Part shown: positions 29,339 through 40,079 of the stretch, piece after piece
Layout of the letters: every line of letters begins with the position of its first letter
How positions within the stretch are numbered: the first letter of the stretch is position 1
Made by a program: the position numbers and the translations under genes
Notes under the pieces: generated by a model
What the model was told of the DNA's origin: nothing
Databases searched by the model: none
What the model saw: the letters and a program-made list of their open reading frames with translations, nothing else
NCBI GenBank assembly: GCA_964390485.1
Contig: CAYMIS010000003.1
Span: 1,259 to 65,258, forward strand
DNA length: 64,000 nucleotides
Origin: an uncultured Roseburia sp.
GTDB lineage: Bacteria > Bacillota > Clostridia > Lachnospirales > Lachnospiraceae
Reading direction: 5' to 3'

Positions 29339-32120
29339 GCGAATCCTCCTTTCCATCTTCCTGTTTCCATGTCCTTACCTGTTCTAAGGCCGCCATATAA
29401 TCAGACATCTCTACTTTAGAAATCACTGCCTCTGCCTTCTTTTTCAAACAATTTCCATGATACTGGTATTTCTCCAGCTGGATCAGAATTTCTTTCATCG
29501 CATCTCCATCTAAGGCAAACATTGCATTTTCTAATTCAGCAAACTTTTCATCGAAAATTTCTTCTGTTAATTCTTCCTGTTCCGATATCTGTTCTTCCTC
29601 CATATTATCCTGTAAAACAACAGCTCCTATTTGTGAATGTTCTTGTAAAATTTTATGCACACGCTTATATTCTTCTAACATTGCAGCATGATTCTGGCGG
29701 ATATACTCGATATTTTCCTTCTTTCCTGCAAACTCAAGCTGCTTTGCCATTTCCGAAAGGGGAAGCGCACCAATACTATACATAGAACTTTTTACTGCAT
29801 GAACTGCAATCACATAATTTTTCCAATCCTTCTTTTCAAACAGCATTTCAAGCTGCTTCATATTGTCACTGCCATTAATACAGAATTTCCTTAAAATCGC
29901 AAGGTACTTCTCTTCTCCACCACAATACATCATTCCTTTTTTCACATCTAAATCGCCAACCACAAGGGCTTTCTCTTCTTTTTTACTTTGTTTTTCCTGT
30001 GATTCCTTCCCCTGACCTTCTTCGACGAATACCAGTTTCTTTTCTGGTATGGTACGCTTTAGTACACGCTCTAATACAGGAACCTCTACCGGTTTCTCAA
30101 TAAAATCTGCAAAGCCCTCTGCAATAAACATTTCCCTTGTTCCCGCCACTGCATTCGCTGTTACAGCAATAATTGGCACTCTTTGGAAATAGTTACCAAT
30201 CTTCTTACGAATACGCCGCATGGTCTCAACACCATCCATTTCCGGCATCATATGATCCATAAATACAAAATCATAATTCATGGCATCTATTTTTTCTAAT
30301 GCCTCTAAACCACTACAGGCAACAGATACCTGAATCTGATACTCACTTAAAAGTCCCTGAATTACATCAAGATTCATGGCATTATCATCCACCACAAGGG
30401 CTCTCACATTCGGTGCTGTAAAGCTTTCTTTGCTCTCTCTTCGTGCCTTTACCTTTCGTTCTGCAGTTTTAAGTTCTCCATTAAGCGCCATTACAACCGT
30501 TAAAACAGAAAATGGCTTATAAATATGAATCAGATTTAGATTTGTTAATCTTACACATTCTGCATATTCCCCAACCACAATTACCTTCATTTTTTTTGCC
30601 AGTTCATCCATATATTCTTTTAATTCCCTATACTCGTCAATGCTGATAAATAGATGGGTAATATCTTCCCTTTCTACACGACGTTTTAATTCTCCTAACT
30701 CCTTGCAGATATGAGCCTTTAATTTAAGCTTTTCAATCATATGGCTGACAACTGACATGTACTCATCCCGGACTTCCGGCAATTCAAACTGCTCCATATC
30801 CAGATAAAACAACACATTCAGTTCTTCCGGGTTATTTAATTTTATGATTGGCCTGTCTTCTAATATTTTTTGGGGAATAACAAATTTTATGGCAGTACCT
30901 TTTCCAAAACTACTCTTTATGGTAAGAACACCACCCATTTTTTGAACCATTGCCTGGGAAATTGCAAGCCCGATTCCAATACCGCCCTCCTGACGGTTAC
31001 GTTTTGTATCCACCTGACTATAGCTGCTGAAAATCTTTTCCAGACTTTCTTCCTTCATCCCAATTCCACTATCCTTTACCGTAATGGATAAATTTAGTCC
31101 ATAGGCTTCTCTACGATAGCCAATTACCAGATTTACATACCCATCCTCCGTAAATTTAAGGGCATTACTAAGAATATTCATCATGATACGCCGGATTTTT
31201 TTCTCATCACCTAGCAGACCACAAGGCAGGGTTGCATCACAATCTATCAGTAATTCAATATGCTTTTCCTTTTTCTTTACTTCAGACATATTGATTACAT
31301 CATTGAGAATTGTGGTAATATCATATACTTCTTCCACAATTTCCATTTTTCCAGATTGAATTTCCGAAAAATCCAGAATGTCACTCACAACAGATAACAG
31401 ATTCTGCCCTGCTGTATGAATACGCATTACTTTTTCTTTCATGCTTTCTTCATAGTCCTCACGTAATATAATTTCACTCATACCGCAGATAGTATTAATT
31501 GGTGTTCGAATCTCATGGCTTACATTTGCCATAAAGTCATCTTTACTGTGCTCTGTTTCATTCAATTCTACAATTGCTTTCACAAGCCGTTCATTATTTT
31601 CGTTTCGCTTCTTTACCCAAAAATAAATCACGCCCTCCACAACAAAAACATTTGCAATTTCCAATATCATTTTATATGTATCCGTAAATCCTTCCACATG
31701 GATAGATTGCAATATGATTCCATGATAAAATACAATAATACCTGTTGATACCATTGCAAAGCAAAGTAATTCTTTGATTCCATATAATCCGGTAAAAACT
31801 GCTATCGCAATCATTGCACGGAGTCCCGCCTGCATATCTCTCATTTCTACTGAGTATAATATGACACTAATCTGCATCATTATTGATGTAAAATTCGTAC
31901 GAAACTCATAATCCTTATATTTTGTAATATAAAAGGTCCAGCTTACCACAATTCCGACAATCATAACAACAACTGCCCATATATCCCAGTTCTTTCCATA
32001 AATTACGCATAAAAGAGCAAGCACATATGCACTGAATACCAACAGCATAAACCGTTCTATATTTTCACTTTTTTCTATATTTCTATCTTTTTTCATATTC
32101 TTATCATATCTTTGTTCCAA
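29322..32120 (-). CDS. Membrane hybrid histidine kinase with receiver and HPt domains
   Basis: ANVSHEIRTP; NALKFT; GIGLAI; receiver VVDD..FMDHMMP; HPt AVHAVKSS. Confidence 0.9.
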   Translation of the reverse strand: MEQRYDKNMKKDRNIEKSENIERFMLLVFSAYVLALLCVIYGKNWDIWAVVVMIVGIVVSWTFYITKYKDYEFRTNFTSIMMQISVILYSVEMRDMQAGLRAMIAIAVFTGLYGIKELLCFAMVSTGIIVFYHGIILQSIHVEGFTDTYKMILEIANVFVVEGVIYFWVKKRNENNERLVKAIVELNETEHSKDDFMANVSHEIRTPINTICGMSEIILREDYEESMKEKVMRIHTAGQNLLSVVSDILDFSEIQSGKMEIVEEVYDITTILNDVINMSEVKKKEKHIELLIDCDATLPCGLLGDEKKIRRIMMNILSNALKFTEDGYVNLVIGYRREAYGLNLSITVKDSGIGMKEESLEKIFSSYSQVDTKRNRQEGGIGIGLAISQAMVQKMGGVLTIKSSFGKGTAIKFVIPQKILEDRPIIKLNNPEELNVLFYLDMEQFELPEVRDEYMSVVSHMIEKLKLKAHICKELGELKRRVEREDITHLFISIDEYRELKEYMDELAKKMKVIVVGEYAECVRLTNLNLIHIYKPFSVLTVVMALNGELKTAERKVKARRESKESFTAPNVRALVVDDNAMNLDVIQGLLSEYQIQVSVACSGLEALEKIDAMNYDFVFMDHMMPEMDGVETMRRIRKKIGNYFQRVPIIAVTANAVAGTREMFIAEGFADFIEKPVEVPVLERVLKRTIPEKKLVFVEEGQGKESQEKQSKKEEKALVVGDLDVKKGMMYCGGEEKYLAILRKFCINGSDNMKQLEMLFEKKDWKNYVIAVHAVKSSMYSIGALPLSEMAKQLEFAGKKENIEYIRQNHAAMLEEYKRVHKILQEHSQIGAVVLQDNMEEEQISEQEELTEEIFDEKFAELENAMFALDGDAMKEILIQLEKYQYHGNCLKKKAEAVISKVEMSDYMAALEQVRTWKQEDGKEDSHAGKA

Positions 32121-32162
32121 TGCCTTCCCCCCATTTCTAATCTAATACTTCCCCCCAAAAAG

Positions 32163-32199
32163 GAAAAAGCATACCGTTTTTATACCGGTATGCTTTTTC
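32163..32199. terminator. Terminator after the MCP
   Basis: gaaaaagcataccg/cggtatgctttttc perfect 14-bp stem. Confidence 0.7.
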
Positions 32200-32229
32200 A
32201 CCACATCAGATTATTTCGTGAATGATGTT

Positions 32230-33585
32230 CTAGTATTTTCCAAATCCGTCTCCCAATGAAATAATCTGCTCATTTCTTTCTGGGATATCATCAAACCCGG
32301 TTCCAACATTGTCTACCGGCATCTCTGTTGTTGAAGTATAGTTTCCTAATTTGTAAATAGCGAGTAAATCTCTCATTCTGCTTGCCTGATTTGAAAGCTC
32401 AACACTGGCAGATGCACACTCTTCGCTTGTTGCAGAGTTGGTCTGTACAACCTGTGAAACCTGCTCAATTGCCTGGTCAATCTGGGTAATTGCGGTTGCC
32501 TGATAATTAGAAGCTTCCGCAATACCTGTAATAATCTGTTCACTTTCTCTGACTGCACTTGTGATTGTCTCTAATGCTTTTGCTGTTTCATCTGCAATGC
32601 TGGAACCTGCTGCCACTTTATGAATAGAATCTTCAATCAATTCTGCTGTTTCAGCCGCTGCTGCTGCACTCTTTGCTGCAAGGTTACGGACTTCTTCTGC
32701 AACAACCGCAAAACCTTTACCTGCATCCCCGGCTCTTGCTGCTTCTACAGCTGCATTTAATGCGAGGATATTTGTCTGGAATGCAATATCATCGATTACT
32801 TTAATAATTTTTGAAATACTTTCAGAAGATTCGTTAATTGCCTCCATCGCAGCCATCATATCATGCATCTGTTCATTACCCTTTTTCACATTTTCAATTG
32901 CATGAGCCACTAATTCTGCTGCCTGATTTGCTTCTGCTGCATTCTGTTTTGTTTTTTCAGCAATATCTGTAATAGAAGCAGTAATTTCTTCAATCGCACT
33001 AGCCTGTTCTGTAGACCCCTGTGCTAATGCTTCACTGGCACTTGCTACTTCGGAAGAACTTGTTGTTACCTGTATAGCAGCCTCATTAATGTTCGTTAAG
33101 GCATGAAGGTTACGGCTTACTAATTTCTTTAATGCATTACCAAGGGCATCTTCTTCTGAACGAATATGTACATCAACTGTTAAGTTACCATTGGCAACTG
33201 CTTCTGCAATACTAGCCTGATAACGCATAGTATCTACAACATCCTGATATTCATCAATCAAGGTTCCGAATTCGTCATTACTATATTTTTCAAGTTTAAT
33301 ATCAACATTTCCTTTTTCCATCTCATCGGCTGCCTTTGAAAGTGTTGCAAAGGATCTTTTGAAGGTTTTGGAAACAGTCATTGATATTCCAACTATAAGA
33401 ATCGTACTTAAAAGGGTTGCTACAATACAAAACGTATTGTAATTTTTCAAAAAGCGCACCGGATCATCTACCGTAGTAAGACTTTTCATAGAAGCATATC
33501 CTGTATAATATGCGAAAATTAATAATGCCCCCATTACAATAAAACTAATTACAATTTTTGTATACAACTTAGTATTTTTCACCAT
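32230..33585 (-). CDS. Methyl-accepting chemotaxis protein
   Basis: Two TMs with a very short external loop, HAMP; [37 protein letters not shown]. Confidence 0.95.
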   Translation of the reverse strand: MVKNTKLYTKIVISFIVMGALLIFAYYTGYASMKSLTTVDDPVRFLKNYNTFCIVATLLSTILIVGISMTVSKTFKRSFATLSKAADEMEKGNVDIKLEKYSNDEFGTLIDEYQDVVDTMRYQASIAEAVANGNLTVDVHIRSEEDALGNALKKLVSRNLHALTNINEAAIQVTTSSSEVASASEALAQGSTEQASAIEEITASITDIAEKTKQNAAEANQAAELVAHAIENVKKGNEQMHDMMAAMEAINESSESISKIIKVIDDIAFQTNILALNAAVEAARAGDAGKGFAVVAEEVRNLAAKSAAAAAETAELIEDSIHKVAAGSSIADETAKALETITSAVRESEQIITGIAEASNYQATAITQIDQAIEQVSQVVQTNSATSEECASASVELSNQASRMRDLLAIYKLGNYTSTTEMPVDNVGTGFDDIPERNEQIISLGDGFGKY

Positions 33586-33587
33586 AG

Positions 33588-34106
33588 CTATTCTCCTTCT
33601 TCTGCAGTATCTTCACTTATTTGCTCTAACAAAGATAAATCCGTATCATTAATCAGCTTATCCGGATCTAACAATAGTTTCACTGAATTGCCAATTCTTC
33701 CAATTGCATAAACGTAATTATTCTGTCCCTTATCACCATGTCCTAAGGTAGGTGATTCCAGAATATTTTCTTCCTGAATTTCTACGACCTCTGCAATCTT
33801 CTCAACAATCAATCCAACAACAGTAGATTTTACATTTATTACAATAATACAGGTTCTATCATTGTATTCAAATGGTTCCTGCTTAAATCGCAGCCGCACA
33901 TCGATAACTGGAATAATTTTGCCTCTAAGATTGATTAACCCCTTGATGTAATCTTCGGTTTCGGGAATCTCTGTGATTTCCTGAAACACAATAATTTCAT
34001 TTACATACTGAATCTTAAGACCAAAATATTCGCTGCCCGATTTGAAGGTTACATATTTTCCCCTCTGTGCATCATGCTCGCTCATATTTGTCTCAATTTC
34101 GCTCAT
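33588..34106 (-). CDS. cheW: Chemotaxis coupling protein CheW (full length)
   Basis: [33 protein letters not shown]. Confidence 0.95.
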   Translation of the reverse strand: MSEIETNMSEHDAQRGKYVTFKSGSEYFGLKIQYVNEIIVFQEITEIPETEDYIKGLINLRGKIIPVIDVRLRFKQEPFEYNDRTCIIVINVKSTVVGLIVEKIAEVVEIQEENILESPTLGHGDKGQNNYVYAIGRIGNSVKLLLDPDKLINDTDLSLLEQISEDTAEEGE

Positions 34107-34572
34107 ATGCCTTTTCCTTTCTGCATTTTCAAAAAGTCTTCTCCACTTTTATTCTTACATGCTGATTCCAGAATATTTTCTTCCTGAATTTCTACGACCT
34201 CTGCAATCTTCTCAACAATCAATCCAACAACAGTAGATTTTACATTTATTACAATAATACAGGTTCTATCATTGTATTCAAATGGTTCCTGCTTAAATCG
34301 CAGCCGCACATCGATAACTGGAATAATTTTGCCTCTAAGATTGATTAACCCCTTGATGTAATCTTCGGTTTCGGGAATCTCTGTGATTTCCTGAAACACA
34401 ATAATTTCATTTACATACTGAATCTTAAGACCAAAATATTCGCTGCCCGATTTGAAGGTTACATATTTTCCCCTCTGTGCATCATGCTCGCTCATATTTG
34501 TCTCAATTTCGCTCATATGCCTTTTCCTTTCTGCATTTTCAAAAAGTCTTCTCCACTTTTATTCTTACATGC
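33753..34572. repeat. 410-bp tandem duplication
   Basis: 33753-34162 is repeated at 34163-34572; no differences seen by eye. Confidence 0.9.
34103..34516 (-). pseudogene. cheW: 3'-truncated duplicate of cheW
   Basis: Identical to CheW up to ...EENILES, then an unrelated tail read from intergenic DNA. Confidence 0.75.
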
Positions 34573-34573
34573 T

Positions 34574-36712
34574 TTATTCAATTAATCCGGCTGCGTCTAA
34601 AATCAGTGCAATACTGCCATCACCAAGCTGTGTACATCCTGACAGACCTTTTACCTTTTTGATATATTCCGGAATTGGTTTTACTACAATTTCCTGTTTT
34701 CCAACTAAGCTGTCTACAAACAGGCAGACGGTTTTGCTCTCTATCTCAACAAGCACCATCATTCCTTCTTCTACTGCTTTCTTGCAATTCTTAATATGAT
34801 ACCATTCTCCAATACGGTGCACCGGATAACATTCACCACGAATCATTACTAATTCGTCACCATTTGGCTCATGTACCATCATTTCTTCGTTAACGCTGAC
34901 AAATTCCTTTACAACACCTGTCTCAATTACAAAAGAAGAATTACCAACCTCCATAACAATTCCATCAATAATGGCAAGTGTCAATGGAATCTTTAAGTTC
35001 ATAATACTGCCGAAGCCAGGTTCACTTTCAATTTCAAGGGTACCTCCGATGGATGCCAGATTCGAAACAACAACGTCCATTCCTACGCCTCGTCCTGAAT
35101 ACTCGGTTACCTGTTCATTGGTAGAAAATCCCGGAAGGGTAATAAACTGATATACTTCTTTATCCGTATAAGAGCTTTCCGGTCTTGTCATGTCAAGAAT
35201 ACCCTGTTTTCTTGCTTTTGCCATGATTTTATCACGGTTCAGACCTTTTCCATTATCCTGTACACCAATCCATACTTTTCCGGATTCGGTTTTCGCCGAA
35301 AGCGTTACCTTTGCTTTTTCTTTCTTTCCAGCCGCTTCACGCTCTTCCTTTGTCTCGATTCCATGGTCAACTGCATTTCTTACCAGATGCATCAATGGGT
35401 CAGAAATATGTTCGATGATATTCTTATCAACTTCTGTATTCTCTCCTATCATCTCAAACTCAATCTCTTTTCCCAGCTTTCTGGATACATCAAATACAAT
35501 TCGGTTCATTTTCTGGAAGGTATTCGTCAATGGAACCATTCGCATACTCATGATAACATTCTGCAAATCCGTAGAAATCTTTGACATCTGGGCTGCTGCT
35601 TTATTAAAGTTATCAAGCTTTAAGCCCGGTACTTTTAAATCCGGGTTCTGTAAAACGACAGATTCTGAAATAACCAGCTCTCCTATTAAATCCATCAGCA
35701 TATCCATCTTGCTGACATCTACACTGATAAAGGAAGCCTTTTCAGATTTCTTCGGTTTATCCTTCGCCAGTTTTTTCGCTTTACCAGGTTCTTTGGATTC
35801 AATGACATAATCACCAGGAGCAACCGTATCCTTCTTCGGTGCTGCCGCTTCTGCCAAAGCCCCTGCTGCCTTCGCTTCAATAGTCTCTACACTGGAATCT
35901 AAATCGATACGAATTTCTGAACCAATACTGTCAAAGCCCTGCATGAAATCCTGCTGGGTGCAGGCATTGATTTCGACCTTTTCTAATTCGTATCCTTCCT
36001 GGATAATCTCCCTCAGTTCCTCTTCTGTACTCTGGGTCTGTAAGAGAATTTTAAATCCATTCTCTAAAATTTCATCCCCACTATTCTCATTTGTAATAAT
36101 ATCCTCCGGGGAGTACATAATATCTTCTGCCACTTCTTTTAATGCATAGACAATCTTATAGGCATGTACATTTGCCAGCTGGATTCCCGGGCTGTAAGTA
36201 AGATAAATCTTGAAATAGTGGGTAGCAGTTGTTGCCATTGGTGCAATGTAGAACTGCTGTGGCTCCGTATGTACATTTTCCTTAATTACTTCGCCCTTAC
36301 CTTTTTCTTTTATGGATTCAAGAAACTTATCAATTTTATCAACAAGTTCTTTTGAAACTCCATCTGCTTTCTCTCCATTTTGCAGCTTGTCCAATTCACC
36401 TGTAATGAAATCAGCAACTTCAAGCACATGCTCTACTAACTGGATATGTGGTACATTCTCAGGATGGGATTCTCTCAGATAAAAGAATACGTCCTCAAGC
36501 TTATGAGCAATGGTGGTTATCTCATCAAACATCATCACTCCTGAAGACCCTTTTATCGTATGCATTGTACGAAAGATTTCATTAATGCTGTCTTCATCAA
36601 AGCAATCTTCATCCTTCTGTTCCAACACTATTTCCTGTAGTCGCTCAAGTAATTGCCCGTTTTCGAACAGATACATGTCAAGCATGCCTTCTGTGTTAAA
36701 CTCTTCGGCCAT
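34574..36712 (-). CDS. cheA: Chemotaxis histidine kinase CheA
   Basis: P1 IFRTMHTIKGSS; LMDLIGELV; DPLMHLVRNAVDHG; SGRGVGMDVV; P5 GDGSIALILD. Confidence 0.96.
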   Translation of the reverse strand: MAEEFNTEGMLDMYLFENGQLLERLQEIVLEQKDEDCFDEDSINEIFRTMHTIKGSSGVMMFDEITTIAHKLEDVFFYLRESHPENVPHIQLVEHVLEVADFITGELDKLQNGEKADGVSKELVDKIDKFLESIKEKGKGEVIKENVHTEPQQFYIAPMATTATHYFKIYLTYSPGIQLANVHAYKIVYALKEVAEDIMYSPEDIITNENSGDEILENGFKILLQTQSTEEELREIIQEGYELEKVEINACTQQDFMQGFDSIGSEIRIDLDSSVETIEAKAAGALAEAAAPKKDTVAPGDYVIESKEPGKAKKLAKDKPKKSEKASFISVDVSKMDMLMDLIGELVISESVVLQNPDLKVPGLKLDNFNKAAAQMSKISTDLQNVIMSMRMVPLTNTFQKMNRIVFDVSRKLGKEIEFEMIGENTEVDKNIIEHISDPLMHLVRNAVDHGIETKEEREAAGKKEKAKVTLSAKTESGKVWIGVQDNGKGLNRDKIMAKARKQGILDMTRPESSYTDKEVYQFITLPGFSTNEQVTEYSGRGVGMDVVVSNLASIGGTLEIESEPGFGSIMNLKIPLTLAIIDGIVMEVGNSSFVIETGVVKEFVSVNEEMMVHEPNGDELVMIRGECYPVHRIGEWYHIKNCKKAVEEGMMVLVEIESKTVCLFVDSLVGKQEIVVKPIPEYIKKVKGLSGCTQLGDGSIALILDAAGLIE

Positions 36713-36725
36713 TCTTTACTCCTTT

Positions 36726-37118
36726 CTACACAAGTCCAAGCTTTTCTAATGCCTGCTCAAACCGGTCTTTATCGATTGGTTTTCCTGAATATATCGTACA
36801 ACCAAGTTCAAATGCTTTCTTTACATTTTTTTCATCGTTTAATGCCGTCGTCATAATAACCTTTACTGCCTCATCCTCCGGAATATTTCTCTCCTTTTCC
36901 AGATTACGGATTCCCATTAATGCCTGATAGCCATCCATTACCGGCATCATAATATCCAGACACACCAAATCGTATGGTTCATCCTCCTCTAATGCCATCA
37001 TAAATGCGTCTACCGCTTCCATTCCATCTACTGTCACATCACACTCCCCATATTTGGATAAAAAGCTAGACATAAACTTACGTGTCACAAAATCATCTTC
37101 TGCTAATAATATTTTCAT
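36726..37118 (-). CDS. Single-domain response regulator (CheY-like)
   Basis: ILLAEDD, LDIMMPVMDG, MTTAL, KP. Confidence 0.9.
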   Translation of the reverse strand: MKILLAEDDFVTRKFMSSFLSKYGECDVTVDGMEAVDAFMMALEEDEPYDLVCLDIMMPVMDGYQALMGIRNLEKERNIPEDEAVKVIMTTALNDEKNVKKAFELGCTIYSGKPIDKDRFEQALEKLGLV

Positions 37119-37137
37119 GATATACCCTACCTTTCTC

Positions 37138-38166
37138 TTATGTTCTATTTAATAATGTATATGTTCTTCCTGCTATATCAGTTAATTTCTCCTGATATGC
37201 TACTGCACCTATATCGTATGCAACCTTTGGCATTCCATAAACAACACAGGTGGATTCGTCCTGTCCGATGGTCTGGGCTCCTGCCTTACGCATTGCCAAA
37301 AGTCCCTTGGCGCCATCGCCTCCCATTCCCGTCAATATAATTCCAAGTGCTCTGTTTCCTGCCACCTCAGCCACAGAATGAAACAGCACATCAACGGATG
37401 GGCAATGACCATTTTCCTTAGGTCCCTTTCTTAATACCACCTGATAATTGTCACCATTTCGCACCAGCCTCATATGGGCATCGCCTCCCGGTGCAATCAG
37501 CACCTGTCCCGGTAATACCGTATCACCACTTTTGGCTTCTTTTACGGTTACTCTGCACTGATCATTTAATCTTGAGGCATACATTTCCGTAAATCCCGGC
37601 GGCATATGCTGCACAATTACTACTCCCGGAATATCCGGTCCGAATTCCTTAATTACCGTAGATATTGCTTCTGTTCCTCCTGTAGATGCACCAATTGCAA
37701 CTATCATATTTTTACTGCTGACAGGTGTTGGTCTGTCCCCTAACGTAAATGTCGTTTTCTTGATAGTGCCTATTCTTGCAATGGATGCAATTTTAATTTT
37801 GACCGGAAGTTCTGTTCTCACAAATGCTTCTAACTGGCTTCTGTCTCTTACGGCCGGTTTTGCTACAAATTCAACCGCCCCGGCATTCAATGCATCAAAG
37901 ACTTTATCACTTAAGGAACTGACAACCACTACCGGCAGTGGATACTGCGGCATCAATTTCCTTAAAAACTCAATACCATCCATACGCGGAAGTTCTATGT
38001 CTAATGTCATCACATCCGGCTTATATTTTATAATTGCATCCCTCGCCTCATATGGATTACCCGCTGTGGCGATTACCTGAATCGCCGGATCTTTATTCAG
38101 ATTCTGCACCATAAGTTCTCTAAATACCAGAGAATCTTCTACCACCAATACCCGTATCTGACGCAT
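37138..38166 (-). CDS. cheB: Chemotaxis methylesterase CheB
   Basis: Receiver plus IGASTGG, VQHMP, PSVDVLF, LTGMGGDG, VYGMP. Confidence 0.96.
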   Translation of the reverse strand: MRQIRVLVVEDSLVFRELMVQNLNKDPAIQVIATAGNPYEARDAIIKYKPDVMTLDIELPRMDGIEFLRKLMPQYPLPVVVVSSLSDKVFDALNAGAVEFVAKPAVRDRSQLEAFVRTELPVKIKIASIARIGTIKKTTFTLGDRPTPVSSKNMIVAIGASTGGTEAISTVIKEFGPDIPGVVIVQHMPPGFTEMYASRLNDQCRVTVKEAKSGDTVLPGQVLIAPGGDAHMRLVRNGDNYQVVLRKGPKENGHCPSVDVLFHSVAEVAGNRALGIILTGMGGDGAKGLLAMRKAGAQTIGQDESTCVVYGMPKVAYDIGAVAYQEKLTDIAGRTYTLLNRT

Positions 38167-38181
38167 GTTCTTCTTTCCTTC

Positions 38182-38985
38182 CTATTTTCGGAAGATGGAT
38201 GGCTGAATCAATTGAAATGGCGTACTACTTCGGTCAAGCGTCTCCGTCCTGCCAATAAATAGATACCCTCCCGGTTCCATCGCATCGTATACCTTCTGAA
38301 CTAATTTTTTCTTTGTATCCTGGTCAAAATAAATCATGACATTTCTTAAAAAAACAATATGCATCTTTCGCTTAAATGGAAAGGGATCCATCAGATTAAA
38401 TTTCCGAAAGATTACCTCATCCTTGATTTCCTTTGTTACTTCATACTGATCCTGTTCGGGTCTGCTTCTTAAAAAGCGACGTTTCCAATGTTCCGGCAGC
38501 ACTTCTATCTGCTCACTGCTGTAAATTCCTGCCATCGCCTGCCGTAACGCCTCTGTTGAAATATCCGTTGCTAAAATCTTCGTATCCCATTTGCTATGCT
38601 CTAATCCAAAGAACTCCTTCATCAGCATCGCTAACATATAAGGTTCTTCTCCACTAGAGGAAGCACCGCACCAGATACACAAATCTCTGTTTCTTTGCTC
38701 TTTATTTCTTAACCACGGCAAAACAACCTGCTTTAAATAGTCGAAATGTTCAAACTCTCTCATAAAAAAGGTGTGGTTGGTGGTCAACAGATTTACCAGC
38801 TCTTTCTCTAGTTTTCCGGTAATATCCTTCTCCAGAGCATTCATATATACGTTATAATTTTCCCATCCACCGGCTCTAAGATAATTCTCCATTCTTCCAT
38901 GAATAATCTCTTTTTTCCGGCTCATATCTACACCATAACGTGTTTTTAAATAGGTATGTATTCTATAAAATTCCTGTTCTGTCAT
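38182..38985 (-). CDS. cheR: Chemotaxis methyltransferase CheR
   Basis: TTNHTFFMRE, SSGEEPY, ATDIS, RNVMIYFD, GGYLFIG. Confidence 0.95.
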   Translation of the reverse strand: MTEQEFYRIHTYLKTRYGVDMSRKKEIIHGRMENYLRAGGWENYNVYMNALEKDITGKLEKELVNLLTTNHTFFMREFEHFDYLKQVVLPWLRNKEQRNRDLCIWCGASSSGEEPYMLAMLMKEFFGLEHSKWDTKILATDISTEALRQAMAGIYSSEQIEVLPEHWKRRFLRSRPEQDQYEVTKEIKDEVIFRKFNLMDPFPFKRKMHIVFLRNVMIYFDQDTKKKLVQKVYDAMEPGGYLFIGRTETLDRSSTPFQLIQPSIFRK

Positions 38986-38995
38986 TGCTTTTCAC

Positions 38996-40069
38996 TTAAC
39001 TAAACTGTCTGTAAATCTTATTTAAGATGTGAAACATTTCCGGATTATATTTCTTTCCTGCTTCTTCTTTTAAGATTTCAACAGCTTCTTCTCTACTGAA
39101 CGCTTTACGGTACATTCTATCCTCGGTCAACGCACAATAAGCTCCAATCAATGCAACAATTTGCGCAGAGAGAGGAATTTCCTCTCCTTTCCTTCTCGTT
39201 GGATAACCACTTCCATCCCAGTTCTCGTGATGGTATTTTGCAATATCTATTGATATCTGAATAAAATCATTGTAATCTCTTGATACTCCGATATCCTGAA
39301 GAATTCTTGCTCCAATCTCTGTATGAGTTTCAATTACTGCTCTCTCTTCCGGTGTCAATGCTCCTTCTTTTCGAAGAATATCGGTTGGAATCGCTATATT
39401 TCCCAAGTCGCATAACGGCGCTGCCAATTCAATGGTGTCTATATAACTGTCAGAAATTACATCTTCATATTTCGCTGACAGCTGCATTGCCTCAGCCATC
39501 AGGCGGCAGTTATAGGAAAGCCGCTCCATATGCACTTTATCATAGCAGGCATTCTCTCTTGCCACACGAATCAATGCATACAAAACCTTTTTCTTCTCAT
39601 GCTCCATCTGCTTTAGCTGCTGGCTTACAGAATTATGGAGCTGCCGGTTCATTTCCAACAGGTTCTGCGTTGCTTCATATAATTTAAGATGTAATCCCAC
39701 TCGTGCCTGCACCACTTCTGGGATAAAGGGCTTTGTAATATAGTCTTCACCTCCAAGCCCAAATCCTTTCACAATATCTGTCGGATCATCGAAGGCAGAG
39801 ATAAAAATAATTGGAATGTCTCTTGTCTCCGGATTGTCTTTAATTATTTTGCAGAGTTCATATCCATCCATCTCCGGCATGGCAACATCTAAAATTATCA
39901 GGTGGGGCCGGTAACGCTCCATAATTTTCAAAGCCTGCACACCATTCTCTGTCAGAATCGGCTGATACCCCATTCCCGAAATAATCTCCTTTAGTGCAAA
40001 CCTGTTTGTGTCCACATCATCTACTATTAAAATCTGGCGTGTATCTTTTTTCTCATTCTGCTGTGTCAT
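38996..40069 (-). CDS. Receiver plus degenerate HD-GYP domain protein (RpfG-like)
   Basis: Receiver IVDD..LDVAMP; HHENWDGSGYP retained, but HD replaced by CD (APLCDLGN). Confidence 0.85.
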   Translation of the reverse strand: MTQQNEKKDTRQILIVDDVDTNRFALKEIISGMGYQPILTENGVQALKIMERYRPHLIILDVAMPEMDGYELCKIIKDNPETRDIPIIFISAFDDPTDIVKGFGLGGEDYITKPFIPEVVQARVGLHLKLYEATQNLLEMNRQLHNSVSQQLKQMEHEKKKVLYALIRVARENACYDKVHMERLSYNCRLMAEAMQLSAKYEDVISDSYIDTIELAAPLCDLGNIAIPTDILRKEGALTPEERAVIETHTEIGARILQDIGVSRDYNDFIQISIDIAKYHHENWDGSGYPTRRKGEEIPLSAQIVALIGAYCALTEDRMYRKAFSREEAVEILKEEAGKKYNPEMFHILNKIYRQFS

Positions 40070-40079
40070 AAGCTCCTCC

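Noticed and set aside
35190-35810. 206-aa plus-strand ORF and the many other short ORFs opposite known genes
   Set aside because: They lie antisense to well-supported genes such as cheA and show no recognisable motifs; shadow ORFs.
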